Origin: Pecten maximus
Taxonomy: Eukaryota
Length of the DNA stretch: 64,000 bases
NCBI RefSeq assembly: GCF_902652985.1
Contig: NC_047030.1
Coordinates: 10,540,001 to 10,604,000, forward strand
Reading direction: 5' to 3'
The notes under the pieces were generated by a model, which searched no databases, was not told the DNA's origin, and was given only the letters and a program-made list of their open reading frames with translations. Shown here one piece after another: positions 26,754 through 41,466 of this stretch. Positions within the stretch are counted from its first letter, which is position 1, and every line of letters starts with the position of its first letter. The position numbers and the translations under genes were made by a program.

Positions 26754-29700
26754 GGTGGAGAAAAGTGTGCTGAGCATGGGCAATACCATACTCAAGAAAT
26801 CTTGAGAACGTGCTCAAATCTTGAGCACGATTTGAGCACAGATTTTTTCATGAATACGACTTGAGCATGAGAATAAAATCCGTGAGTACAAAACTTTATT
26901 TTGAGCACAAAACCTTGAGTTTGAGCATGAGTACAGTTTCATGAATACGGGCCCTGGTCTTTTGTCTTTTTACTTCAGTCGTTCTTTTTTTTGTTCTATT
27001 TTGGTTCTTTCCTTCAGTTGAATATTGATTCATTTATTAGACGGTATTCTCCTGTTGCCTTCCCATATCTCAACAATTTTAGTTCATCTTGATCTTCCTG
27101 GTTGCATACTGGACTTCGGTCCATAAGATCAAAGATGAGTCCTAGAAGGATCTGAAACGACTGAAAGTCTCTGGTGTCTTTATAAATAATTTATAGACCA
27201 CCGTGTTCTAGAATTAAACAAAAGTACCGTTCTACCCGTGGACTTAACAGGTAGTTTCATTATCACTGTCACTCTCAATGCCAAAGAATATTGACAAACT
27301 TGTCTATTTCTATATTCGGATTTTTAACGTTACCATGTCTTATTTAAGCCTTGCATTTTACCGGAGTCTCTATACAAATCTATATTTTGTTTATATTTGG
27401 CCCTCGTTTAAATTGCCTTGAACTTGAACTTGGGCCTCGTTATGATGTCGGTATTTTTGCTGTTTTTATTACGTTTGTTTTTGATTTTCCCCTAGCTCTT
27501 TTTCTAATTGATAATTTATTTCTTTCCGGTCCTACTTTTGATATGAGACAACCCTGATTATACAGAAATACACAATGTTTGAAGTCTAGTCAACAGAATA
27601 GGTCATCAACGTTGGTAATATTCTATCATTGCCAGCCAAAATAATGACACGTTCGAAAATGCAAATGCGTCTACTATATCCTAGAAGTTAATGTTTGTAT
27701 GCACATCGTCCTATTCACAGTCGGAAATCAATGATTGTAGTAGCCCATACGATGTGACGAATAAGCCGCACAATCTACATAATGTTATTTGATCGCCAAT
27801 TTGTATCTAGCAATATGACAGAGAAGATAGTGAAGGGAACTTGTGATGGTGACGCATGCTCGGACGAAAGCATTGACATGTTTTCTATATGGAAGTAATA
27901 AAATAATGCGAATCTTTGGTCTCTAGCTATTTGTTAAGGACATGATCGGAAGACAGTGCTAAGACGGAGAGGATGGGTACTTTTGCAAATTCACCTGTTA
28001 GTTTTCTTTCTTTTGGTATAAAAAAACAGAAGGGAAAAAACTTTGTTTTGATTTGATTTGGTTTAACGTCTTACCAAGAGTTATGCTCATTTGTGCTGAA
28101 TGCGTGCATTTTCTGAAGGCTGCGAATAGGTGCGTATTAATGTCCTTGCGATAGTGTGGAACGGTTGCTGACTTTATAGTGTTACTGAATCTTGTTGACG
28201 AAGTTATATCACTCAAAAATTTGAATAGGTCATAGCACTCAAACGACTAAGTGATATCGCTTTTAATGGGAATAAAAAAGTAAAACGGCGCTCCTGAGTG
28301 CTAGCATCTGTTTTTAGTTCTCAATACTTTTTTTAAGTTTTAAGTGCTATTACTTAATTGACGTATCACTAACTTGGTGTAAAAGTTAAAATAGCGTCCC
28401 ATACAACACAATCAATATAGATACGATTTTAGTGACAGATATATATAGTCATGTCGCCTGTAATATTTATCTCTAACCCAAATTGTATCAGTATCGATAC
28501 AAATAAAATGGTTTCAAAGCAATTTTGTCACAATAGGTTGGTGTTATTCAACTCCTAAGGCACGGAATAATCATTACAACTGTTGAATAACATTCAGTTT
28601 ATACCACACGTGGCATAAACTCTAAATGCGTTTTGATTGGTTGACACGATAACCTTTGACCGGGGCTATCTTTTATTCACATGGTTCAATGCAATTTGAT
28701 TGGCTAACACATGAAGGCCGCTTCACGATTTTCTTGGAAATGATAACGCATAAGAAGAAGATCGCAGTTGTTTCCTGCTAAAAGTGCGCCGATTAGTAAG
28801 TTTTAGTTGTATATTCTTACCACTCGATATCTACTTATCTAGGATTAGCGGAATATGTTTTCTTCATACCAGGTCTGCAAGTCTCAACACATCTCCGAAA
28901 ATAATTGTATTTACACTGACGTCAAATAGGTATTAATTTTTTTATATAAGATCCGATTATTGATTTCTTTCTAAATAGCTAACATCAGGGAGAGTGTCGT
29001 AACGTCTTGTAACCAGTGTCTTTTAATCGAATGGTATAAGGGATATAACTCCTGTTAATGCTGATTGAACAAATCAAACTCCTCATTGACTCACATGCCC
29101 GACACCTTTGCAAGAATAAATTTCGATACCAAAGTAAACAATATCATTAAAATGTTCTTTAAGAGAAAGGCACTTTCTGCAAGCTTTAAAAGAAACATTT
29201 TAGAATTAATGTTGTTGTTTTTTTCAAACGTTCAGGTTTTACTCTTATCATGTAAAATAAGCATATACATAAGCCGAATTAGGCGAAGTCCAGTTTTACC
29301 TAATGCTACATGTGCTCACATTTTCGAAATGAAGGTATTCCATTCTCAATCTCATGGATCTGATCATCCTATCAATTAGAAGCTACACTGTATGAAACAG
29401 CCAACAATAAATCACCGATTTGTCTCATCCCAAGGACAGATGGACGGTGATGTATATGATATTTTTTTCTCTTCTCGTTGTCACTTTTCAGTCAATTATA
29501 TGACTTTCTTTCTTCCGCACAATTAAATACACGTCCATTGAAAGAAAATACCATATGACATATCTGAGAGCATTTTCGTAGCAGTCACCTGTCTGAGAAG
29601 AAGCAAGTATAAATATACAAATTTTATGACGTTCTATTGGTGAAAAATAAAAAAAGGTATTAATGACAATAAAAATATACATCTGTAGTGAACAAACAAA

Positions 29701-30652
29701 CTAGAAGTCAATTTGAAGATAACAACTTCATTTAAAGTTTGTATAAAAAAACTTTTGACAAACGTTGTTGCATCATCATAAGTAAACATCTCATAAACGT
29801 TTATTCCCTTAGACCCTGGTCAGTATTCTCAAAATAAAACCAAATACATCAATAAATGCAATAGATAATGTTTATTGTAACCTAGCGATGGGTATACACA
29901 ACAGTACAGCTCATGATCCTCGTTATACACATCACCTCTCACTCTATTACACATTACTACACAATAGAGCTTTCTCATAACTAAAATACCCTCCAACTAA
30001 CAGCACTTAACCTGAAAAGCAGACGGATTAGTTTACTATTTCGCTACTTTTAGTCACAAACATAACATGTTTATATAAAACTAAACACCTATGAAAATTT
30101 CATAGATAAAACGTTCTCACGCGTTACATTTTAGTCCAGGACGTTGTGGCCTGAATACACAGCTTCCCGGGTGTTAATTCAACGACGTAATGATCTGAAT
30201 ACAAAGCTTTCTGAGCGTTAAGCCCACGACATAGTGACGTGAATATAAAGCTTTCCAGGCGTTAAGTTCTGGAGGTTGTGGCCGGAATGCATAGCTTTCC
30301 AGGCGTTTGGAATCACTTTGGTAACTAATGGATGACAGTACTTAACGAGTGTATATCAATGTAGAATGCTGGAATTGGGCGCGTTAATATGGGAGATTTA
30401 ATTGTCAGAAAATACCTATACCCTATGGACTCCATATGTTCATTTCATCGAAGCCGAACCACTTGAAAGTATGTGAAAAATAGATGAACAAGGACTGCCG
30501 TTGACACATTCATCAAATACTGTCAAGTAATCGGTATATTAACGCCTATAAGATACACAAATAGAACATTAAGATGTGCTTTATTTCTCACTTTAACAGT
30601 AATATAGGTATATATGTTTGACAGTTCGCCGATTAATTAGGTTAAGGCGCGG

Positions 30653-30790
30653 GTTTGTTCGCTGGGTTTAACGTCCCGTAAACAGTCACGGACATTGTGA
30701 GGTTGTACAATATATGGGAGGCCCGTCGCATGCTATTCAGAGCAATTAGGGTAAAGTGTCTTAAAGAGACAACGACAACAAGCAGAGTGG
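30653..30790 (-). mobile_element. Degenerate SINE fragment
   Basis: GTTTGTT..GGGTTTAACGTCCC tail and GAGCAATTAGGGTAAAGTGTCTT, resembling CORE-type SINEs. Confidence 0.4.
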
Positions 30791-30865
30791 TTTATGTTTA
30801 TTGGGGAACTGAGAAACAACTTGGTCAGCGATGTCTAGGCTGAGAAAGGGGATTCTCAAAATAAT

Positions 30866-31422
30866 GTATAGGACGAAGACGTGTGATGTCAAACACGACA
30901 AACATAATGTATAAAACGAAGGTGAGTGACGTCAAACACGGTATCATTATGTATGGAACGAAGACATGAGACGACAAACACGGTATGATAAAGTATGGAA
31001 CGAAGGTGTGTCACGTCAAACACGACAAAATAAAGTATAGAACGAAGATGTGTGACGTCAAACACGACAAAATAAAGTATAGAACGAAGATGTGTGACGT
31101 CAACCACGACAAAATAAAGTATAGAACGAAGGTGTGTGACGTCAAACACGACAAAATAAAGTATAGAACGAAGGTATGTGACGTCAAACACGACGAAATA
31201 AAATATAGAACGAAGGTGTGTGACGTCAAACACGACAAAACAATGTATAGAACGAAGGTGTGTGTCGTCAAATACGACAAAATAAAGTATAGAACGAAGG
31301 TGTGTGACGTCAAACACGACAAAATAAGGTATAGAACGAAGGTGTGTGACGTTAAACACGACAAAACAATGTATAGAGCGAAGGCGTTTAAAGTCAAATA
31401 CGGCAAAAGTATGTATAGGACC
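30866..31422. repeat. 42-bp minisatellite
   Basis: GTATAGAACGAAGGTGTGTGACGTCAAACACGACAAAATAAA, about 13 copies. Confidence 0.96.
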
Positions 31423-31747
31423 AGGGCTTGTGAAAAGACATTGCAAGATAATATGTAATTATATGATGGAAAACAGATTTCGGCTTTTTAGGTGAAAATA
31501 TGATAATGTACGAAGTAGATTGATTGAAAACATTTTTTTATCTTAAGATTTTTTCTCGATTATACATACCTAACATATTGTTGCAGTTTTGTCAGCGACG
31601 TAGAATTAGGCTAATGAATTCCTGCTGTTATAGATTATCGCCGTCGCGGGATTCATACATGATACAACACATCAAAACACATCTGCATTATTAAATTGTT
31701 TAAAGCTTCTTGAAATATAAATTACCAACGCTACAATGGGGTTTAGA

Positions 31748-32028
31748 CATTGTCGGTAACCGATAGTCCTGACGCCCACGAACAGATACCTTGGGACGAT
31801 TTGTACTATTTTCATCGTTTCAAGAAAAACGAGGATTTCACCAGTCAGGAGACCGCTTTTCGGTTGGCCTCTACTAATTGTCTTTTGCTAGTGAAGGAAC
31901 TGTTTTAAGTTCAAAATTTCAAAGACTTATACATCGACGCTATTAAAAACCCCGATATTTTCTGTACAAACCGTCCAAAAACAACTGTCTGTGTCCGTGA
32001 GCGTCAGGACGGTTGGTTACCGACGATG
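31748..32028. mobile_element. MITE with ~35-bp imperfect TIRs
   Basis: CATTGTCGGTAACCGATAGTCCTGACGCCCACG versus the reverse complement of CGTGAGCGTCAGGACGGTTGGTTACCGACGATG; TSD not evident. Confidence 0.7.
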
Positions 32029-32449
32029 TGACTTTAATATATTGATTACAAATAACAGCAGAAGCCTGAAAATTAACTAAAACAATACGAGTCGAGGAGG
32101 TTAAAACCATTGGCGTTTCTCTTCATACTACTCAGTACCAGGAAAAACATCATCTTGCATTTATTTTATCCGTGGTTTCGGATTGCTTGTTCCGTGTCGC
32201 TGATTCCAGTTCGCTTGCGACCTCTTAGCATGTCAACACCCAATTTATCGTCCCCCCACTGAATCTTCTCTGCGTTTCTCTCGATTAAGCCGTAAAAACA
32301 TTGACTTGAAACCTTCGATTCGACATGAGTATTCATATTATCAATTGTCAGTTAAGTTTTTGAAGCTCTTCCTCGTCAATTAGAAATTAGAAACGATATA
32401 TACAAAGATGGCTGTGCCCATGTGGTGGTATGACGTTTTTTGTAACGCA

Positions 32450-33060
32450 AATAACTCCTGTGTAATGATATACATAAAAAAATGAAAAAGTAAATTTACA
32501 CTTTAATAGGTATATTCATTATGAAGTAGTACATACATATACTTCACATTTGTTAAAACTAAAATAAGTCAATAGGTTTCGCATTTTAAATTTCCGGATT
32601 TTCCGAAAATGTGATTACATAGGAAATTTAGTTTTGCCTGCAGCGAAAAATGGAAGCTTACATGTATATTCAAGGTAAGAACGCGGGAAAACTTAATGCA
32701 GAACATGTGTCAAAACAAGATTAATTCTGTCTTTGGGATAGAGATATTTAATTTCAAATAGGTTTCAGAAAAAAATTACGTAGAGAATTGTGTTATTTTG
32801 GGTCAAATATTATAATGTTTTGCAATTTTTAAGCAATTTTAAAGTTGTTAGCATGGTATTCACAGCTCTAAAAAACACAGAAAAAAATAAGTTTACTTAT
32901 CCTTCAGAGCTGTATTGAAAATGCAAATGTTGTACTGATTACAAATATATATACTTTATTAGAGGTAATATGTAGGGTTAACTGGCAATGTTTACATATC
33001 TAAAACATGTGCCATATTTTTCAGAATTGGGCATTTTTACTGTACAGTGCTACTTTGAAA
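32450..33060 (+). repeat. Interspersed repeat (probable non-autonomous DNA transposon); second copy at ~63720-64000
   Basis: Shared AGATTAATTCTGTCTTTGGGATAGAGATA.TTAATTTC...TTCAGAAAAAAA.TACGTAG block at 32719 and 63856. Confidence 0.7.
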
Positions 33061-35263
33061 AACAAACCAACGAACATAATGTATAAAACTATTTTTGCTT
33101 GGTCAGATTTTCCGTGACAATTTCCTATGGAACCAATCAGTGCCAGAGCCCCCACTGGATCGATTTGAGTAAAATGTTTATCGTTTAGACAAGCATACAC
33201 GTTAATGTACTGCTCTAAGAATTGACATGGTTCACCCGGGAGCTATTAGTGGTCCACTTGAGACAAGACTGTGATTTTATTTGTTGTATATATATATAAA
33301 TACATGCATATCCAAACATTAACCTGGTTAAATGTAATATCTATGGTCGATCTCATGTTTTACAGACACTCATCATTTTGCGATCAAACGCAGCATTTTA
33401 TGGTTTTTTTCTGCACAACTCTGGCATTTAGATCGCCCAAACATACCATATCAAGGAAACTTAATACTTATCTAAGGATATTTATTTATTTGTTTTTGTG
33501 GTGTTTGTGTATCAAAACTATTGATCTCGATTTTCATTTTTCCCATTGCCATTACAAACTGTGATGCAAATCCCTGGATTCGAATTCGGAACACTATTGG
33601 TCGAGTTCCGAGTATAGTGTTACCCAGTTTTGTGGCAGAAACCATTGTGATCATAAGTCTAATAATGGAATAAGCGATGCACTTAGTGACATATGGCTGG
33701 TTGTTTATCACACCTTTTTCTCAACTTTTACAATTGATCACCTCATGCTGACGGCCTAGGAGCTAATTATTATTAATAACGAGGTCTTAGTAGCCGATGC
33801 ATATTTCACATCCAATCATCGTTTTGATAAGGTCGCAATGATAAAACCAGCTTCTCATCAACTAAATCGAATGATGTGTTTATGTTTCACTTCATTACAT
33901 ATTTATGTAGTCTGTTTACGCCTTCGGGACCAAATGTATATTAAGGTAATTGATATTCCTGTTACAGTAAATAAACTACAAGCATTGTTTCCTATGTGTC
34001 CTTACACGTCTTGTTGTGCAGTCATTTTACTGCTGTTTGATCACCTGGTCCAAAGATCGGCGAGAATATTCCAGTTAGGACATGGTAGTCCATACCGTTT
34101 CACCATGCATGTATGCAGTACAGGATGATACAATGTTGTTTATTAAGTCTCCCAATCGAAGTTGTTGGGCTGGTTATGTTTACTCCATTTCTTCTTCTTC
34201 CCTAATTGGCTGACAATTTTGAAAATTAACTTCTCTCTATCCCTTTTACTATATAATGAAATTCCAATAAAAATTAACGGGAAGGATGGTTACAAAATGT
34301 AATTTAATGCAGTAAACAAATGTCGCAATAGAGATAACTTCTGTTTGGTCGGAAGTAGATAAAAATGTTCATGTAAGTAGAGTATGGCGCTACAAATACA
34401 ATGGCGGCGTTTATTTTCGGGCAAAAAAAGCAAAACTACCCACTATTTCCTGGCCTCTGACTGGTCGAAATTTCAATATTATCTGATTTTGATGAACTTT
34501 ACTGTCTATATACAACAGGAAACACCGGTCACTTTCGTAGCCCTAGTTTCACATATAAATAAAATGGTGACCATTCCCCGGCTTTTGATTGGTTGAAATT
34601 TTGATTTGTTCGACTTAGATGAAAATTGGTGTATAGAGGCATTAGGTGAATTCAAATACAAGTGCATGTGTTTCATGAAAATTGATATATATGGGGCCCT
34701 TTGGAGTATTTCTGTAATGACTTCCCATTACAATTAGTACTTGTTACAATAACGATATTTCATATCCTCACTCCAGTCTAACTTTCCTTTGTTGTTCTAG
34801 CCTTATTAGTAAGATCTCTTCGTGGTTTAAATGATTTAATATACTTTTACAAACATATCTAGTGCATAAAAATATAGTGCCATTTACGCTCTTATATTGA
34901 TAGATATTGTACACATTGTCCTTCATCCTTCCACCTACTTTTACACCTAAGGGTGTACAGATCTCCTAATTTTTTACTGTAATTTCCAACGGAAAACATG
35001 TTGTTTACTTGTTACTTTTACATTGATGTATGTGAATTAATTATACCCCATAATTGGATGCACTACCAGGATAAGTTACACCCGGATCATGTTCACAATG
35101 AGAAGACAATTCACTAATATATTTAAATGTGTTTTAATATTTCACGCCATTCATAGACCCTTAAAAGTCTTCAAATTTTCCGGATTGAACTGTTTATACT
35201 GTACATTATTTGTTGGTATTCCCTCCAGGGGGCGGTGTTTCACCTTCATGGTAGGAATATATT

Positions 35264-38200
35264 TCATATCACATCATTAACGGAAAGTTCACACATTCTC
35301 CAGTCATCATTGTTGGTACTCTGCATTAAAACATGAACATCCGAACATTGCGTGTCACATTCACATTTTACGTCACACCGAGTTTTCGCATTAATAGTAT
35401 TGTTCAACACAAGCCTGCAAAATGATATATCTGAGTCGTTGCTGCATTGAGCATTGCTAGCAGAACCTGAGGTTCCAACCTAAAACAAAATGGAATATAA
35501 ATTATTAATGAGTATCCAATAAACATGTACACATATTTCAAAACACCTACACGTTTGATTTGTAGACAAAAATAGAAGCGTACCTTAGACTTCAATTATC
35601 TGAGTGCTATTAATCATAGTTCGAAAAGCAATTAAGATGTTATAAATATTATATTGTCGTACAGCGATCTCTTGCGACATGCCTCTTGATCATTGATATC
35701 GATTTCCTTAATTAATCACTTATTTACACATCATTGCCTTGATTTTTTTTCAATATAAAAATGTTATGAGTTATTTTTTCTCCGATTTTTAACATGCAAA
35801 GTTGATATATTGATGTTGCCTTGTCACGTATGATCTCATTGATATGCGACGGACCCTGCTGTTTTCTTTGTATGTCATTGCAATTGGACGAGGAAGAATA
35901 CATGTTTTATGCAGAATACTTCAGACTTTAAATTGACATCATTATACAATGTATAGAGGATATCTAACAGTGTTTTCAGTAATACCAAATATATTTCACG
36001 AGTAGGGCTAATATTTTGATATTTTTCACGAGTGCACAGCACGAGTGAAAAATATCAAAATATTAGCCACACGAGTGAAATATATTTGGTATTACTGAAG
36101 ACACTGTTAGATATTCTGTTTATTACATTTTTTTATCAACGAAAAACCTACCCCGTATGCTAACTAGGCCTACAGCGAAAGTTTGCATACTAAAAAATGT
36201 AGTTCCCCCTGTCCAGGTGCTGACATATATGTCGAGCTTTCTGATTGGTCAATTATTGTGGTATTTTCTAATCATTAATTTGATTGGTCAAATCAGCAAA
36301 AGTGATATTTTTCACTAGTGAAAAATATCACTTTTATAGAATGAATAATGTTTGATATTTCACTGGTAAAAATGTAATAAATTACACTCTGTTGATGTTT
36401 TAATGAAAGATTTCTGTTTATTACATTTTACCAGTAAAATATCGAAATTATTCAGTTATATCATATTATGGAAAATATCGCTTTTTCTGATTTGACTAAT
36501 CAAAACAATACTTACAATGGGGAAACTAAAACCTGACTCGATATATTTTGCTATAGAAAATCCAAAAGTATCTTCAGTAATACCAAATATAGTTTGTGTG
36601 ACTAATAATTTGATATTTTTTACTCATGCTGTGAACTCGTGCAACATAACAAACTAATAGCCCTACTCGTGATATATAGTTGGTATTAAAGCAAACACTG
36701 TTAGACATCCTCAATTTATTGACTAATTCGATGATAATGTTCCCTTGTCTGAATCATTTTTATTCTATAATGGTTTTGTAATATGTTATTACATTTCAAT
36801 TTGTATATACATAATGCATTTATCAAATAGATAAAACCAAACAAATTTATAACAACGACATTTTTCAACAGTTGTAAATACATGAATTCTTAAGATCAGT
36901 TTATAAGCATTATGCTAACTTACCAGGAGACTTTTCTGTCCAACACGGGCGCACTCGATACCTTCCCCTGTGATGCTGACAACAAATATCTGTGACGTCA
37001 CACCGAAGAGACTTAGTCTCGTAATTCGCAACCAAATCATGGAAGGGGATTCCCCGGGTAAAGGCAAATCAAAGCATGTGTTCAAATCCTGGTCCAAGGC
37101 GTAAGGCAACTTCTTCAACAAAACGTTGCTGTCATCTTTTACAAAAGTCACGTAATCTGTTACTGAAACAGGAAGTTGTACATTTGGTATATGTTTGTTG
37201 TAACTCTACTGACTATTTGGTTTTGTTTCATTAACATATACCATCAACATCCAATGGATTTTAAGACACTTGTGTTATCCTTATTTTCTTATCCGGCTTT
37301 GTGCAATAACATTTTTAAATTTTCGATTTAATCAGAAAACTATACAGGGATTTTAATGATAGTTTTAGAAATAGTATTTTGACCAATGATAAACTAATTT
37401 TTCTAAACCATCAATCAAACACCACAGAGGCCGAACGGCAGGACCCAAATTTTAAGTTTATTTCAAAAATCTTCTCTTAACCAAGCAATTGGAAATGGTT
37501 CATATGACATATAGTCTATATTATTATGTCATTTTAGATATGTGATGATAGTTTGATGGTACAAGTCTGTACATTTTAATTTCCGTCTGGTCACAGGGGC
37601 TGAGGATCGGGTCAAAAATCGTCAAATGATAAACATCGTTTTTTGACCAAGATATACTGAATTCTGATGCACTTTTGTACATGAACATAATATGTTATTC
37701 ACAGATGGACTGATCGTGACGTCCTTCAAAACTGTGAAACTGGCTTCACATTTTTCCAAAGTGCATCATAGTTCATTCAGAAAAGTGACACTTTTTCTTG
37801 TATATTGTGTTTTTTAATCCGTCGATAAAAATTTCCAAATGGTATCGACCAAATTTGCTATAAGAGATATTTGTAAACTCTTTTTGGATACAGAATAACA
37901 GTAATGTTTGATTATAACTTTGGGGAAGGGAAAATGAACGATACATACAGTACGTGTCTGTTACTTTTCATATATACATTTACTTACGCGGCAGCCATTC
38001 CGTTGTTACGTTACAAATCACAGTACAAGTATTCGTGGTGAAATAAAAGTAGGCGATGACTTTCGGGAACTCAAATACGTAGTCATTACTTTCACCTTGC
38101 CACTGAAGTCAAGGAAGAGGCATAACATTAATATATGAAATCATCGCTTTATTTGTACTTATATTGATGTATTTATTCTACCAAGTAATTGTTACATTAT

Positions 38201-41200
38201 CATTACGACTTAATAGTTTTTGTTTTATTTTGTTTTAAACTAGTTTGGCCAGAGTATAACAGGCAATACGACTTCCATTAATAAAGCTGCCCAGTTGTAA
38301 GTAGAAAATTCAATACATCTTATTGCTAAGAAATTATGGGAAAATAGTTGAGTTATGAAACTAAAGTAAATGCCATAATTTGAAGTAATGTTTTCCAAAT
38401 ATCTACATAAATGAATTCACAAATCCAAACAATGAAAACACATACCGCGAAATTATGTTTTGTAAGATATCCTTGAATGAATGATAAAGAATGATAGCAA
38501 AGAAAGCATCGACATTTACAAACATTCCACCACTACTGTAACATTATCAGCTTAGTTTCCGTTGTCGGTTTTCCCGAATAGCGATCCAACTTTACATGAA
38601 TTATTGGTTAATGTTAAGAACAAATGCTCTAATTAAACGACCATATATGCCAAACCCTATATAATTGTATTACAGCAATCAGAACTAAAGGAAAAACAAC
38701 TCACCACTATTTTCTCCTTGTGATAGTAGGTGCCATTTCGACTGTAGTGATACCACAGGTTTTGTGGATTGACTTCAGCAACTTTTACAATTGCAGTCAG
38801 GACTATGAAATTTGGATAGTACTCCTGAAGAAATATAATATTCAGCGTCACTTCTTGTTCACGATCAATACTGTGTCTTTGGGAAATTGTTGTTATCCAC
38901 TATCAATATATTATTGTAAATATTTATTTTACAAAATCATGGTTTCGGACACTATTGAACACCATAGATGCTTATGTGACAAAGCGGTTCACAATAACCA
39001 CTTAAGAGGGTATAAGGAGACAGAATGAATCATTTACTATACCATTAATACCTATCTACGTATACCTAACTAATGTAAACCTTGTGAAATATTGCTGATT
39101 TAGAAAGCACTTGTCATACATCCTACTGCAAAAATCTAACTTAACAACGGTTTGTACAAGTTAAGAAGTAGCTGGTCATTTGTTATTTGTTAAATAGCGA
39201 TATTTAAAGTTACATGAAAAAATAGTAACATAGCCCTTCTTGTTTGTACTTTTTTGTGTATTATAGTGTATATTTAGTGTTTACTGCAGCCACGCCTTGT
39301 TAACATACAGTCTTTAACATTTATTTACATTTGTGTGAATATTAAATATTCATTCTCGGTAAATTACTTCCCACGCTATTAATAATGACAGCGAATATAG
39401 TAAAACTAAATCCCCAGCGAGGATCACCATCTGTACAGTGTGTCGTTTTTAAGTATGTGAGTATATTGGTATCAGTACGTTATAAAAGATAAATTTAAAA
39501 CCACGAATTTATAAATTACTTAATTCAAATTACACATATAAGTAAGCAGACAATCTGTGAACTCTTTGAACTCACAATAGATTATTTCATTGAATTGTAT
39601 GTTTATCTAAGAAATGGGATTATTACTTCCAGAAGCTGAGGTAAACATGCTCTACGAAGCAGGAAATAATATCTAAAGAGAATGACTGTGATTACCATAC
39701 CATATACCGTACTTACATTGTAGATTCAATAATATTTGTTGATTTGCATATATCAAATACATTCAATTATCCAATATAAAAAACATTAATTGATTGGCAT
39801 AATCATATAATTAATAGACCAATTATAGCCAATATCAGTACCGATCATAAGATATCTAGTCATCGAAATGATAACGCACGATTGATACATATATAGTCAT
39901 GGACATGATAATGTATGATATAACACAAAATCAGAAATATTTAGTCTTATAAATGATAATGCATGATATAACTCAAAATAACAGAAATCTAGTCATGGAC
40001 ATGATAATTAGGGGATAGTACGTTATTTTGAGTGGCTATACTGGCGATTAGAACATTTGAATTTGGTTTGAACTCGAGACCGATAGGTGGAGAGAGTTTA
40101 AACCAAATTTCATAAGTTAGCATACTATCACCATTCTAATATGTTTATTATTAGAAATATTTATAAACTTTGTAATATATCGCTACAAGTACACTGTGAA
40201 GTACGCTGTGATCCCCGCTAGTGACGTTGTGATCCCCGCTAGTGACGTGTCATACTGTAGCTTACTGACCATTCAGAAAGAAGCTTTCAAAGTCGGTCAT
40301 TTGGCCACGCCCATACTGACGAGATTACGATCTGTATGTTGACACGATTAATAACGGTTCTATCACAGATTAGAACATGGTCCGTATCCAATCAAATCAC
40401 GCGTTGCAAACGAATCGTGTTTGAATGCACGACATAACACAAAATACAAAATATACAGCAATGAACATGATAACGCCCGATATAACAGAAAATAATAGAT
40501 ATATCACACGTACTTTTTAACTTAATTTGTGAGTAAATGGAAACATTAAAACCATCACCACGAACTGCTAACAGGAACGTATGTTGCTACTTTAATCGAC
40601 GGACAGGTAAAACGATCCAGTTGACAAAGTAAATACTTACAATCGATGGCTTTGGCACTGGCAATTCTCCTGTCCAGATAGTTTTGTTGTTACTGATTAC
40701 TCTAGCTATAAACGGTAGCGCTGATTCGTTGATTTGTATGTTTTGGTCGATGTACGTCACAAGCATTTTCATCGTGACGTAGTTAACAGTTAAACGGTCA
40801 AAACTTGCAAAATATATATTTGTCAAAGGCGTCATGTCTACAAATGCCTTTTCGATCATTTCCTCGCGACCTCTGTGTTAGAAGAAAACATAATCTCATT
40901 ATTGATATTTCTACGATATCAAGTGTTATTTCAGCGCAATATGAAATCTTGTAGTACGGAAACCCATATCACAGTACATGAAATAAAACATGCATAACAA
41001 CTATTTGTATCTACACATTAAAACATTTATCACTCAACCATGCAATACATCCCTCACTTATTTACTCATCAATTAATTTGCTTACTTTATAGTGGTTGTG
41101 TTGAATCTTCCGACAATGTTGCGTCCTGTAAAAGCTAGTTCAAAGTCACACAATTTGAATGACTGTCCCATGGCACTAGTGGGCATTGGTAACTCGGCAA

Positions 41201-41427
41201 TCAGGCGGCCGTATTGACGACCAAAATTGGTATGTAGGATAAACTCCACGTCACTGCTGTGTGTTATGGATCGACATTGTTCGTTAAGGTAGATATTTAG
41301 TGGCAGGTTACCGTTTCTGTCCGGTGCCTTAATTTAAGTGACATAAGTTATAACAGTAAGACAGAAACAGAATATGATGATGATGATGACGACGATGATG
41401 CTGCCGCTTCTGCCGCTATTGATCTAT

Positions 41428-41466
<39 letters not shown>

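Larger units (their letters stand above)
18290..26953 (-). mobile_element. PIF/Harbinger transposon, right end intact, left end apparently lost
   Basis: Terminus GGCCCGTATTCATGAAA (minus strand, ending 26953) flanked by CTG; clustered TTGAGCA subterminal repeats 26800-26930; spliced Harbinger transposase plus a convergent second gene. No matching left TIR found by eye, so the left boundary is approximate. Confidence 0.85.

Noticed and set aside
30889-31458. 14-aa repeat proteins on both strands
   Set aside because: Artefact of the 42-bp minisatellite.
35404-35595. ORF-track peptide as the last exon of the host gene
   Set aside because: Wrong frame; splicing at 35479 in phase 0 gives the Cys-rich frame ending at 35264.
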